Below are positions 47,908 through 61,620 of a DNA stretch of 64,000 nt, in pieces (the first letter of the stretch is position 1; every line of letters starts with the position of its first letter). The translations under genes were made by a program, and so were the position numbers. The notes below the pieces were generated by a model, which had not been told where the DNA came from, did no database searches, and was given only the letters and a program-made list of their open reading frames with translations. Origin of the DNA: the human T2T-CHM13v2.0 reference genome, Homo sapiens; assembly GCF_009914755.1 (NCBI RefSeq), contig NC_060926.1. One strand, written 5' to 3'.

Positions 47908-48389
47908 TATTGTCACTGTTGCTGAATTTGTCATGGAAATTTTTCTGTTATTTTTAAAAAATATTCCAAACTAAATAATGTATTTGAAAAATTTTAACCT
48001 GAAATTTTTCAGAAAGTTTCCAGCTTCCCTTTTGGAGAAACCTGCCATTACCTCATTTCATGGACACCCTCCTTACGATCCCCATCTACCTTTCAGATAT
48101 TGTCATGTTAGCCCTATGAACCATGGTGCCAGCTGCATACCAACACAACCTAAATTTAAAATATTATTTTCTCAATTTACTAAAAACATTTCATGTACCA
48201 AGAAAGCTAGTACTACACTGAAATTAAATAGGAATAAGAAAAAGCTTGGGTTTACATCCTCTGATCTAGCCCTAAAAATGCACAGCCCTAATGGAAGATG
48301 TTCATCTTCATTCCTTCTTCTACATGACTCAACATGAGACTCAAAAGATCTGAGGAAATAACAATTGCACTGATTTTTAGAAAGAACCT

Positions 48390-48620
48390 GATACAGTGAT
48401 TAAGAGCCAGATACTCTGGGGTGAAGCCAGCTTTGCCATGTACTTGTGCAACTTTAGACAAAAGTCTAATCCCCCTGTGGCCAAATCACTTCACTCATAA
48501 AGTAGAGATAATCAAAAGTACTTACCTTTAGGGTTGTAATAAGGATTAAATAATTGAATACTTGTAAAGCACTCAGAAGAGTGCCTGGTACATAGTAAGT
48601 GCTGTATAAGATTTGTACAT
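48390..48620 (+). mobile_element. MIR, near full length
   Basis: CAGTGATTAAGAGCCAGATACTCTGG...AGTGCCTGGTACATAGTAAGTGCT. Confidence 0.85.
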
Positions 48621-51149
48621 AAATTAATTTTATAAACTCAGAAATGGTCACAAGGTACTAACCCTAATTTATAAATATAGATAAGGGACTCAGATTGTCC
48701 AATTTGAATAATTATAACTATATTTTATGGCAAACCTATTAATTTCACTGCAATTATTCTTCAGACCTCATTGAAGGCCTGTAAAACACCAGTAGATTCT
48801 ACTGAAAATTGACTAGGAGTGTAAGAGAGAGAGAGACTGTGTGTGTGTGGGAGGGGGATATCTGGGGGTATCTAATAAAGGTGCAAAATAAAAAAAAAAG
48901 CCCTCAAAAAGTAGACTCAATTAGGAGTTGAGAAATAGGAGTTGATATAGTAGATAAAATGTGATTCCTATGATAAGGCATGGGAGAACGTTATAGAGCA
49001 TCAAGGTGGGAAAGATTCCTTTCTACCAGAAAATCTCAAAGATGGCTTTGTGCAGAAGGTGATGACATGAAGTATGAGAGGGAAACAGGAAAGTTAATTA
49101 AAAAGCAGGTTTCTGATCACCTTGTTGTGAGTCATAAACGATAAACCAAAGCACTGTACTTGTTAATGTGCAGAATAAAAAATTGAAAGATAGAAAATGC
49201 ATTATTTTTAATGATAGAAATGCATAATTTCTAAAGATAGAAAAGGCAGAAAATAATTAGGTCTTGAAATAACAGAAAATAGCACCAACTCTTTTGAGAG
49301 ATCAAGGTGATAATTATTAGATTCTGTAGCTTTGGAAAAAGAAATTGCTGTTTATTAGATTAAATCCCTTAGTTCTACCCATTTACTTCCAATGATCCAA
49401 GCACTTAGGGATATACTTGAATAAGATTAGTGTTTGCATACTACCTTGCCCATAGTAAACAAATATTTTATAAATATATATTTATAAAATCAACACTAAA
49501 ATCCTTATATTGAGAACCCAAAAGGGTCTTAAACAAATACTTTTCAAGATAGTATTAATATACCAAATTATCCAATTAGTAATCATAACAGTTAAAAAAT
49601 TATCTACTTCAGAATTATTTAGTTAGATATTTAGAATATATTTGGAATACAGTTAGATTTATACAGTTAGCTATCTAGCAAAGCCTTTTGGGGTGAAATA
49701 TTTTCACGGACCTCTGACTAATCAGAAAATTTGTCCCCTTCCTTACATTGCTGAACAAAGATATAAAGTAATCACTAATTATTGTAACATTAGCTATGCA
49801 TGATTAATCATATAGTTAGATCATTTGGAAGTTATATATTTACTGGTTCTCAGTTAAGCTTTGCTATTCTATTTATTCATGCAAATTGTTATTTTAATTA
49901 AATACACAACCATAGTAAATTGCAACAAGTGGTCTCAGGATCTACATGAACTAGTAGTTACCAGAATTTAGTGTATATTAAATACAACTAATATTGGTAT
50001 TAAAAGAGGAAATTTATATTTGTATTTAGGGCCTTTGCAACTGTGAATCAAATATTTTTACTTGTTATTAAGATGGTGCCTGCCAACAATCTGTTCAGAA
50101 ATACCCATTAGAGTTATAAAGCAAGAATTTATTTTAGCTTATTAATGGAAAGTTAATGGAAAAGCATGGTCTTTGTCTCCATCTCTCCCTGCTTCCTATC
50201 CCATTATAGCTACTACATTTTTTTCATTTACTTCAGAAAAAAAATGTTTAATAAATGTCCCAATTTGTTTCATGTAAGCAAGATATTAAATAGAAGTATA
50301 CTTGTAACATAAAATGGCTAGTTACAAGGCAAGGGGCCATGTCTGGACTGAAAAACATTTTGATGCAACCTTCAGATAAGCTTTTCTCAAAGAATAACAA
50401 GCATATGACTTAACTAAATAGTCCATCCAGAGTTCAATTTGTTCAGAGTTGTATAGACCCAGGTATCTCAAAGGAGCCTATTACATCCTGTTTTGGACAT
50501 ATGTAAATGATACTCTGGCAAATGCATTGATAAACTGAAAAGTACTTGATGAAAATATTAAGTCAAAGACATGAAGGACCAGGGAAGAAAAATCAAGCTT
50601 TGTCTGTTTTTTAAGAAATACAAATTTTTTTAAGAATTTGGATTCTGACTATTTTTAAATACTGGGAAATCTGACATTAAATGTGATGAATAGTTGCATA
50701 TTTGTGATATGTATATAAAATATATTATCAAATTATTTTTAAAGTATTTTTTCTTCAATACAAAAAGGCAAAACTGTAATATATCACCTTCTGAAATTAT
50801 TTTTGACTGGGTTTCAAGACAAGCAGCCAGCATGGGACCTGACCCTGGAAGTATGTTTTCCAAAATTACAGACACATAACAGCCTTAAGCATCTTGCCCA
50901 GGACTGTGGTCTGGACTTCCCAGATGAACCCCTGTGCACCTTGGTGGCTGAGCTCTTGTTTAGCACACACAGGGGTCTTCTTGCTTCTGGTGTGCTTTAT
51001 CATCCTCAATTTTCCACAGTATGTGAATTAAAATGGCCTCTACTTGGAAACGTTAAAATCAAATCAAGAAATGAACTGGGTTCCCATTTCACCATAGTGT
51101 AAGAGAAACTGAGTGGTCTGAAAACAGTTTTATGTTACTTTGTCACATT

Positions 51150-51866
51150 GGCTCTCAACGCTGTCATACTCCAAGCCCCATTTTTATAGCAAATATTTTA
51201 TGACACACCTGTATTCTCCTCAAAGAAATTCAGATAAACTACCTGCACAGACTATTTCAAAGAAATAAATAGAGTGCCCTACATGCAATCTAAAGGAAAA
51301 ATATATAAATGCCTCGGAGCAGGACAGTGGTGACATAATGAAATAATCAGACACTTGCATCGTTCAGAGGTAGACTGGCTGTCGGCTCATGGTGAATGTG
51401 GCAGCTACACAGGCAGACTGATACAGGTGATTGGAATGGGAATTCAACTGCTATGAGCAGTGTTACTGTCCTGTGATGTTATTTTCCAAAACAGTGAACA
51501 ACTCCTAGCAAAAACAAACCCCAAAAACTCTGACCAAGATACAGCCTTTCCTTTCTTTACACAGTAGCTCCACTACTGAGAAATTCAATATACATTAAAA
51601 TCATGCTTTTAAAAATACTTTGTGATTTCATGTGAAAACATTAGGTTTACAGCCTTCTGTAATTACAGCCAGGTATTTCACCTGAGTGCATATGGAAACC
51701 CATGCAGGATCGAGGAATATTCTGTATATTACAGGGTATCTAGTATCCCTAGCCCCCACCCACTGAATGCCAGTAGCACCCTCTCCATTTTGGTGACTAC
51801 CAAAACCATCTCCAGAGATTTCCAAAGCAGCTCCCAGAAATGGTACCGAGGATGTTGAGAGCCACA
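51150..51866. mobile_element. MER20B-like hAT-Charlie fossil
   Basis: MER20-like end CTAGTATCCCTAGCCCCCACCCACTGAATGCCAGTAGCACC...GTTGAGAGCCAC preceded by a longer internal segment. Confidence 0.6.
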
Positions 51867-52285
51867 CCTGGTTCTCCACATGGCACAGGATCACCCACTA
51901 TTTCCACCCTGTGTTGGCCCCCTAAGGGCCTAGACCACGCCCCTCCCGATGCAGGATGGAGCGAATCTCATGGTTCCAGATTCTGTGCTGCTCCTCCCTC
52001 TCCCAGAGGCTGCAGCACCCCTCGCTTCCTCTCACACACGCTGTTCTCAACACTCCCCTCTCTTTTTATGAGTAATTCTTACCAAGTGCAACATGCAAAC
52101 TCATAAATAACTTTTTTATCCCAAAGGTTTTGTTTTGTTTTGCTTTTTTAACATTTATACTCACAAAAATATGAAGAAAAAAATGTAAGGTTTCAGAGAA
52201 GCAGAAAGTACTGACAGTGACGTTTATTTTTTAAGTGAATACGTAAAGGCTTTCAGAGCTAAAGATGCATCAGATGAGTTGTTGA

Positions 52286-52691
<406 letters not shown>

Positions 52692-52864
52692 CCAATAATT
52701 AATATTTATAATGTTTAGAACCATGTATGCACATTATAAGTTCTATATAGTCTTTACTAAGTAACTAAACAAGTACTCTCAAAGTTATTTTAAAATTCAA
52801 ATTTGGTCCTGTTTCTTCCTTGATCAAAAACTTCAGTGGATTTTTATTTTAAATTCAAGTGTTT

Positions 52865-53185
52865 TTTAAGAAAGTCAAATATGTATACATAGATAGAGAA
52901 TAAAATAGTGGTTATCAGGAGCTGGGTGAGGGGTAGGAAAAAGGGGGTGTAGGTCAATTAATATGAAGTATCAGATATGTAGAATAAGCAAGTCTAAATA
53001 TCTCATGTACAACATGAGAACTGTTGTTAACAGCAGTGTATTCAGAATTTTTGTGAAATGAGTAGATTATAGCTGTTCTTACAGGGGAGATGGGTAACTG
53101 AAATGATGGGTATATATCTCATAACACCATGTATGCATCTCATACTGCCACATTGTATACCTTAAATATACACAATAAGACTTAA
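52865..53185 (+). mobile_element. L1MA-type 3' end
   Basis: GAGAATAAAATAGTGGTTATCAGG...CACATTGTATACCTTAAATATACACAATAA. Confidence 0.8.
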
Positions 53186-53562
53186 ACTATTTTTAAGGAA
53201 CAGATTCTTTTCTTCACATAAAAATCTTACATGAAAACACACTATATAAAAGAGATAAAAGCAGTTTTGCTCTGGCTAGAACTGGCGTAAGCACCATCCC
53301 ACTCTAACCTTTTCTTCACAGTGGCTAAAGCAATTCCACAGGACCCTCTTTCTCAGGAAACTGCTGACCTCAAGATTCATGAAAGATTTTTAGCATGGCC
53401 CTATAAGGCCCCCAGGCTGTGATCCCAGAACCCCTCAATCACTATAGACACCCTCACACTGTAGCATCCCACCTTGCCCTGCTAGGGGCAGTTCACCAAG
53501 TGCCTCAGAATGTCTCCTGCCTTTGTATTTTTTTTTCACTGCTCCCTCTACCCTGGACCCCG

Positions 53563-53940
53563 TGTAGTAGTCCATTCTCATGCTGCTATAAGGACCTACC
53601 CAAGACTCGGTAATTTATAAAGGAAAGAGGTTTAATTGATTCACAGTTCTGCATGGCTTGGGAGGCCTCAGGAAACTTACAATCATGGCAGAAGGGGAAG
53701 CAAACAGGTCCTTATTCAAATGGTGGCAGGAGAAAGAAGTACAGAGTAAAGGTGAGAAAAGCCCCTTATAAAACCGTCAGATCTTGTGAGAACGCATCCA
53801 CTATCATGATAACAGCATGAGGGAACCAACCCCATGATCTAATCACCTTCCAGGAGGTCCCTCCCCCAACACGTGCGGATTATAATTCAAATTACAATTC
53901 AATATGAGATTTTGGATGGGGACACAGTCAAACCATATCA
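53563..53940 (-). mobile_element. THE1 (THE1C-like) MaLR solo LTR nested in L2
   Basis: TG...CA termini (TGTAGTAGTCCATTCTCATGCTGCTATAAGG ... GGGGACACAGTCAAACCATATCA); 5-bp TSD CCCCG/CCCCC. Confidence 0.92.
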
Positions 53941-54119
53941 CCCCCCTTATCCAATCACCCAGGTAAATACCTACCCACCTTCTATCTGCTCTCTGGGATG
54001 TTTTCCTTCATATCCCTAGATAATTAGCCTTTCTATCTTTGTGTCCCCATTCCACACTATTCTGACATCCATCACAGGTTTCATAATAGCAACTGCTGTT
54101 GATAGATAGTTTCCACTGT

Positions 54120-54320
54120 ACTGGGGCTGTTCGATCCACTTTCCGTTTTAACAATTCTTCCTCATAATAATCCTATGAGATAAGTACTGATAGTGTCCCC
54201 ATTTTACAGATAAGAAAACTGAGGCCCAAAAAAGCTAAACAATTTCCCAAAGGTTATTCAATGACTAGGAAGTGGGAGCATCACAATCCGAGCTTAAGTA
54301 GTCTGCCTGATGAGATGACT
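54120..54320 (-). mobile_element. MIR
   Basis: CCCCATTTTACAGATAAGAAAACTGAGGCCCA core. Confidence 0.85.
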
Positions 54321-54946
54321 GCACCTTATTATTTTTTTTAGCACCTACTGCCTTCTACACTGTGACCTCCCTAAGCACCATTCCCATCTTATACATCTTA
54401 CAATACCCACCACTCAGAAATGCTGTTGAAAAAAATCAAATGAGTGATTTTTTCATGGGCTCAGTCCACGGATAAACTTTAACTCAAAAATTTATTAAAT
54501 GTTTGTTGGCTTTTCTATTAATTTCCATTTTCCAGTTTTCCTTACCTTCTTATAAACTGATAAAACTAAGAAGGCTAGATCACAGTATAGCAGCTTGCAG
54601 CTCAAATGGTAATCAAAATTTAAAAGATTTTAAAGTAATTTCAATTAATAGATTTATCATTGTTTTCTGGATACACTTTACGTAAGTATATTAAACATGC
54701 TTATTTGGTAGACAGTTTGCTTCATGTAATGTATATTTTCATGTCATGATATTCAAGTGGCTTTTTTCCTGTAAAATATCTTAAAATGAGTAATGTATGC
54801 ACTTCTATTTCTATTTCTATTTTTCCAAAGACTTGGAGTTTTTTAAATTAACTGTATGTAATTTGAACCTTTCCAATCTTTTTATACCTATTCTTTTGTA
54901 CCTCTTCTGTTCACAATAACTACATTTCTTTTTCCCCAACATTGTT

Positions 54947-55421
<475 letters not shown>

Positions 55422-55489
55422 TAATTCGGAACATTGTAGTGGCCTCTGAGAATTTTCCAGGTCATGAGAAATCAGAGCTCCCAGTAGTT

Positions 55490-55695
55490 ACAATTGTGGG
55501 TCTCAGAATCCATCAGCCTCTAGATCTGTCTTTTACTAACTGAATGACAGTGAGCAAAGTCACCCATCATCTCTGAGTATTCATTTTCTCACATGTAAAA
55601 GTGAATTTTAATAGTCTCTACCTCAGCATCTTCAAAACACTTAACTCAATGCCTGGCTCATAGTATATACTCAACAAATGTTAGTTGCTTTTAAA
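55490..55695 (+). mobile_element. MIR
   Basis: TTTTCTCACATGTAAAAGTG...ATGCCTGGCTCATAGTATATACTCAACAAATGTTAG. Confidence 0.7.
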
Positions 55696-58384
55696 TTTCA
55701 TATTTATCTTACGGGCAGAGGCTGCTTTTTAAAAATAAATGTCTCAACTTTCTGTTAGATATTTTACTTCTTTTGGTGATATACTTATTTCATGGTTTTC
55801 CTTTACTGATAGAATGAGTTATCTGATATTGGTCTTTCCAGTTCATAAACATGGGTTTTTTCTACTTAATAAACCGTATCAATGTCTAAGTTACTTTTTT
55901 TTCCACTACTCTTTGGTGAAAACTTACAGCCTGGCATTTTCTAAATGCTAATTGCTTTCTTTTCTCACTTTGGTAATTCATTCCAAACACACACTTCTGA
56001 TGTAGGATTAGTTCTACATAAATATTTTGTAAATGGAAAATATCACGTAGAAAGTTAAACCTTTGCTTCAGATGCACGGAAGAGATTTATAAATATGCAT
56101 CAGTGATTTGGAGTCACCACGTTGCTAAAAGCCCAGGACAGGGGGATTTGTTTCTACATTTCAGTAAGCTGATACGTAAAAAGTCATTAACAAAAAGTCA
56201 ATCTGTCAAAATGTTTTGTGTTGAAATCCAGAAATAAAGATTTCAAATAGAGAAACAGATTGAGAGAGAGAGAGAGAGAGAACTTTGTATGCACTCACAA
56301 GTATACATCAAAATCTCCTGGTGGTTTGCATGACATAGAGTGGGAAGGCAGCCTTTCTAATGACCAAATTTTTTTTTTGGTAGGAGGGAGCTAAAAACCT
56401 ATTCCCTCTATTTTTATCCTGTTTTTAAGTAGTCAAACTGTTTTCCCAACATTCTCTAAATTCACAGATTCTGAAAGAGCTAGCTATTTGTGATTCATGT
56501 AGTTTTTAGCAAGTGAAATGGATATCTCAAGAGGTTAAGGGATTTGTCTAAGCCAAGGCTGTTGAAAATGTAGCACTAGAATGAGGACTTGGAGACATTC
56601 CTCATATTCTCTCCGATTATTCGCGCAGAATTTTTTTTTATTTCAAAGAACTGAAACCATTAAGAAATTTTTATTATACTTCTGATAAAATGAAATAGAT
56701 AAAATAAAATGACATGCAATGTAAGTTGCTCATATTTGCAAAAATCTGATCCGATATCAGAAATAGAAGTAAGGCACTTTTTAATTTTTTCTGTGAATGT
56801 GTTCCAGTCATTTAAAAAATTCTAAAGCTGATTAATTCTTTTAAAATTTGTAATTGCAAGGTTGCTATAATTACTGTTGTTGTTTAACCAGAAAGCATAA
56901 AACATGACAACAAAGGCTGTGACAAGGAGCTCTGTATAACCAGAAATGAGGTTAGGAAGGGGATGGAATAGAAATGAGGAGAGGAGCTCATGTCAACCGC
57001 GCTGCAGCAAGCACACAGCTTGGGAGAGGGCCACATGATATAGAAATATTAACTCCCAGCATAGCATTTTGCTTTCAAGGAGTGAAGTTGCAGCCATCAG
57101 ATATATATATATATTTTTTTAATCTATCCCAAAAATCTGTTGTAAATCAAATTATTATTTTTGCCCTATCTCTGTTTTAATGACCCAAATCGTCTGTGAA
57201 ATACCTCCCCATCCTTTCAACCCCAGTGAATCTTATAGGTCATTTCTCCAAAGTCAAACTGATGGTTGCTGTTAACCAGGCAAAACATCTGGAAGCCATC
57301 TGCTAGAGTTCATGCAGGGAATCTCAGACTCAAACTAGTCCCTGCTATGATATACAGTGTCCTAAATAACTGTGTCACTGACTGAAGCACCTTTCGTTTG
57401 GATTTTCCAGTGTAAAAATATAGCAAGAAGACAACTGATTTCAGTGGTTGATTTACATATCACCTTGTTCGAAAGTAGAGGCATGCACTAAGTTTCTCTA
57501 GAAGTTGTTTTAAGCCAGAAAATGCTACTTCCAATCAGTATCACAATTAATTAATGAGTTCGTATATTCTAAACCCATATATGTAGGGCCTATTATGTGC
57601 AAGTCACTGTAGCAACATAAGAAGAATGTGGATCCTACAGCCAAGATGCTCATGGCACCGTGCAGGCCCTAAATCTAAAGAGGATACACAAAGCCTTTGT
57701 CAGTAGTGCAGGCTGTTTTCAGAACAATGAAGAATTATGCTGAGCTGTCCTTTTTTTGGCTTGCTTTCCATCGTCCCACTTCTGTGAAGTGATGTCATTA
57801 AGGCAAATCATATTAAATCAGTTCCATATTCCAATAATTCTAAAATAATGAATTTTTGTTTTTTTAAGAAAATGTCACAGCTGTTTTTGCTCCTTGCCTT
57901 TCCCACCTAATTGGAGAGCATGTCCTTTAATTTTCCCCTTGTTCTATGACTCACTTCTCCCCATCCTGTTCCTATTGCCTTGGTGTCCATCCTCTTCTCT
58001 CTTGCTTAGACTGTTGCATCCTCCCTGTCTATTCCCGGCTAGCTCCAATTTACTGTCTTTTTTTGTTTGATATTTTAACTGTGGCATTTTGATCCAATGG
58101 AATGAGCTTTTACAAAAGAGAAAATAAATAAGATAATGACCTTTCAACGAATTAAAAGTATCAAATAGCTATGAAAATAATTCTTCATCCAAATTCCAAA
58201 TATTATTTGATATCTTTGCATCTCTCATCTCGTAATTTCTGCTGCCATGTTATCACAATGGTCCCATTTGCATTGCAAAGTTAAAATGCTCTGCCCTCTT
58301 CTGCACAGCTAACAGAGCATTCCTTCTAAAAGGTTTAACCTATTATCCCCCTCTCTTGCTTAAAAGTCTTCAATGACCTATTAC

Positions 58385-58505
58385 TGCAGCAGATTCTCAA
58401 ACTTGAATATGTGTGAGAATAACCTGAAGAGCTTTTTAAAAATGCAAATTCTCAAAGCCAAGCCGTCCCGAGATTCTGATTCTGATGAGTAGAGGTGGGG
58501 ATCCA
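58385..58505. mobile_element. MER5A-like hAT MITE fragment
   Basis: CAGCAGATTCTCAAACTTGAAT...GAATAACCTGAAGAGCTTTTTAAAAATGCAAATTC...AGATTCTGATTC. Confidence 0.7.
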
Positions 58506-59301
58506 GCCCAGCATGGCTGGGGTGCCCTCTGTCCTAGTGTCCTTCTTTCCTGGCAGCATCTCCACTTCCGCCCTCCCCACCTAGTCTCTCCCTCTATCCC
58601 CTTGCTGTAAATTCCTTGCAGATAGGAATCTATGTCCCTAGAACCCGGTAGAGCCCTTAGGGAATGGATGGCTCTTCATAATTACTTTTAAATGAAAGAA
58701 GGAAATAATATGTATACTCAAAGTAACTGTCTGATTTGATAAAATTAGAAATCTGTGAGTTTTTGACAACTGTCTGAAATGAATGCATCAATTGTTCAAG
58801 ACTGAAAGAAATCATACAGAGCGTTCAGCTTTGGCTCTGATTAATATTTATTTCTGGTTACCCTTAGAGGAGGAAATTCTAATGTATTACTATTATGATT
58901 TATTATGAAGATGACTCATAAACATGTAGATTTTTAGAAAAACAATGGGCTTGCTTTTAATTTTCAGGGTTGTTCATTGACCAAGGCACAGATTCCCTAA
59001 ATACTTTAAGCAGTTGGAGCAAGAATAGAATATTTATGATCATTTGTGACAGTGTGTTAGTATTATTAGGTACAGTACTTCCTGGATATCTGTACTTCTT
59101 TATATTACAGGGTGGCAGTAGACACCAAAGACCTTCCAAGGAAGGTGCAGGGTGATCAAAATAACTATGAATGTAGTCTTCTTCAAAGTTCATAAAGCCC
59201 TGCCCCTCTGCAGTACCAGCCAGTGGAAGCTGTCTATAGCCCACTTTGCCAGGGCATTGGATTTGGTATAAAGTCATAGCCCAGATAAAACACATCCAAG
59301 G

Positions 59302-59598
59302 GGCCAGGCACAGTAGCTCATGCCTAGCACTTTGGGAGGCCTAGGTGGGCAGATGGCTTGAGCCCAGGAGTTCAAGATCAGCTGGGGCAACATGACCAAA
59401 CTCCATCTCTACAAAAAATACAAAAATTAGCTGGGCATGGTGGTGGGTGCCTGTAGACCTAGCTACTCAGGAGGCTGAGATGGGAAGAACACCTGGGCCT
59501 GAAAGGTCGAGGCTGTGGTGAGCCGTGATTGTGCCACTGCACTCCAGCCTGTGACAAAGTGAGAGTCTGTCTCAAAAATTAAAATTAAAATTAAAAAG
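59302..59598 (+). mobile_element. AluJ with (AAAATT)n tail
   Basis: GGCCAGGCACAGTAGCTCATGCCT...GCTTGAGCCCAGGAGTTCAAG...GGTCGAGGCTG; small deletion in the head. Confidence 0.93.
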
Positions 59599-59739
59599 AA
59601 AACACACACACACACACACACATCAAAGACAATCCAGCTTCTGAAGTACCTTTTGTGATTCCTTAGGAGGAACTATGTTTCGAAAGAACTTAGGAGAATA
59701 AGCATAACTGTTATTTTATTTTTTGTGTTTTGGCCCTGT

Positions 59740-60115
59740 TGGATGGCAAGATACACTAATGCATTCACATGGACATCCATGTTCTTCTCTCTATCTGGAA
59801 CACTTTCCTTCTTCACCAATCTCTTTCTTACTCATCCTTCACATGTTAGCTTAGAAGCCATATGGTCCAGCAAACCTTTCTGTCTTCTACTACCTAGGTT
59901 AATCGACACCCTCTGTGTCTTCCAGAGCCTGTCTCTATCACAGCACCTAATGCAAGGCATCAAAATTTCACATTAACTGGTTAGTCTCTCCATTTAACTA
60001 TGAGTTCTTGGAGGGAGAAATGCTACTGCAGTCTCCATTGTACCCCCAGTATCTAGAAAAGAGCCTCCAATAACGTAGGCAAGGAATAAACATTTGCTAG
60101 GTGAATCAATGATTT
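59740..60115 (+). mobile_element. LINE-2 3' end
   Basis: ACTATGAGTTCTTGGAGGGAG...GTAGGCAAGGAATAAACATTTGCTAGGTGAAT. Confidence 0.65.
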
Positions 60116-61039
60116 GTGTATGTTTATTCAATAAAATCACTGAATATAGTCACAGCCTACAAATTACCTAAATTTTTCCCATGTTCCTGTTTTCTTCCCT
60201 CCAAGCCTGAAACATTACCCAGTGTCTGATTTAATTTCAATAGAGGAATAAATTGTATAGTCTGGAAAGCCAGACAGCAACAATCTGCATTCGGTCCTGG
60301 CTCTATTACTAATTAACCCTCTCACCTTTTTTCAGATCATTATGCCTTTCTGGTCCTATTTTTGTTACCCCAGAAAGCTGATTTCCAGCCCAGAGATTCC
60401 ATGAGTCCAAAAAGATAGTCTTCATATTTCAGGAAAAATACCTGCTCCCATGATAAATATAAGCCTCATTTGTTCTCCTAGGATGTGATAAAAGTTTTTA
60501 TGGTGATATTTTGTAACACTAATCAAAATCCAATGGCTTTAGCCACATAGCATTTTTCCTCTTTATTCTAAGCAGATTATTTTAATAATTCTCATTATTG
60601 GAATTCTTTAACTTGAATATTAAAGAAAGAAAAGGTAACTCGTACCTAATGGTGATGGCAACAGCTTGGCAGTCAGATCAGATGGCAGTGATGCCACATG
60701 TTGAAGGATCAGCTAACAGTCCACACTCCTGTCCCATCAGTTAATCATAGCCACCTGGGGCTCGTGAAAAATAGACACATGACAGTTAGGGGCATAAACA
60801 ACATCAACCACAACCACTTAAATCTGAAAATGAGTCCCAACATAACTACTTCCTACTCCAAACTGTGGAAATAAGGATAATGTCACCTTACTTTAATTGC
60901 CTCTCAGATTGTACAAGAGTCTAAGGATATAACAAGATATTGTACATGGAAATCTTGGTAAGTTGTAAAATGATGCTGCAAATGTTCTTAGACAAATTCA
61001 GACTGCCATGGAGCCTCCCTTTAAAATAACCTGAAAGTC

Positions 61040-61620
61040 TGTCAGTCTGCAAATATTTATTAAGCACATAAGTGTCAAACACAGCACTTGGCATGGTTCT
61101 AAAAGAATGTTATCCATTATTCTTTTTTTAAAGAGATGGGGTCTTGCAATGTTGCCCAGGCTGGTTTTGAACTCCTGACCTCAGTGATCCCCCAACCTCA
61201 GCCTCCTGAGGAGCTGGGATTATTGATACATGCCACAGTGCCTAGCTATCCATTATTCTAGTTAGAGTAAATAGAAAACAAGCACATAGGAAAACAAACA
61301 AAGTATTAAAATTGTTTTCAGCGCTTCTGAGAAGGCCTTTAGCAAAGAAGCTCAGGAAAGGCCTGTGATTGGAGTTGAGAGCTCTGAATCTGAGGAAGAG
61401 AATCCCAAGCAGATGCAGAGGCCCTGAGGCACAAAGGAGCCTGACATATTTAAAGGATGGAAACAGGCTGAAGGTAGAGAATAGAGAGTGATGCCCAAGA
61501 GGTAGAATATGAGTCAGAGAGACAGCAGGGGCCAGGTCTTATAAGGCTTTGTGGACCAAGGTGAAGAGTTTGGATTTTATTCTCTGCAGTGGAATACTAT
61601 CAGAGAATTCTAAAGCAGTG
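61040..61620 (-). mobile_element. LINE-2 fragment interrupted by FLAM
   Basis: GCAAATATTTATTAAGCAC tail; GCAGAGGCCCTGAGGC; AAGAGTTTGGATTTTATTCT. Confidence 0.65.
61124..61246 (-). mobile_element. FLAM (free left Alu monomer)
   Basis: Single monomer AGAGATGGGGTCTTGCAATGTTGCCCAGGCTGG...; perfect 13-bp TSD TATCCATTATTCT at 61111-61123 and 61247-61259. Confidence 0.9.
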
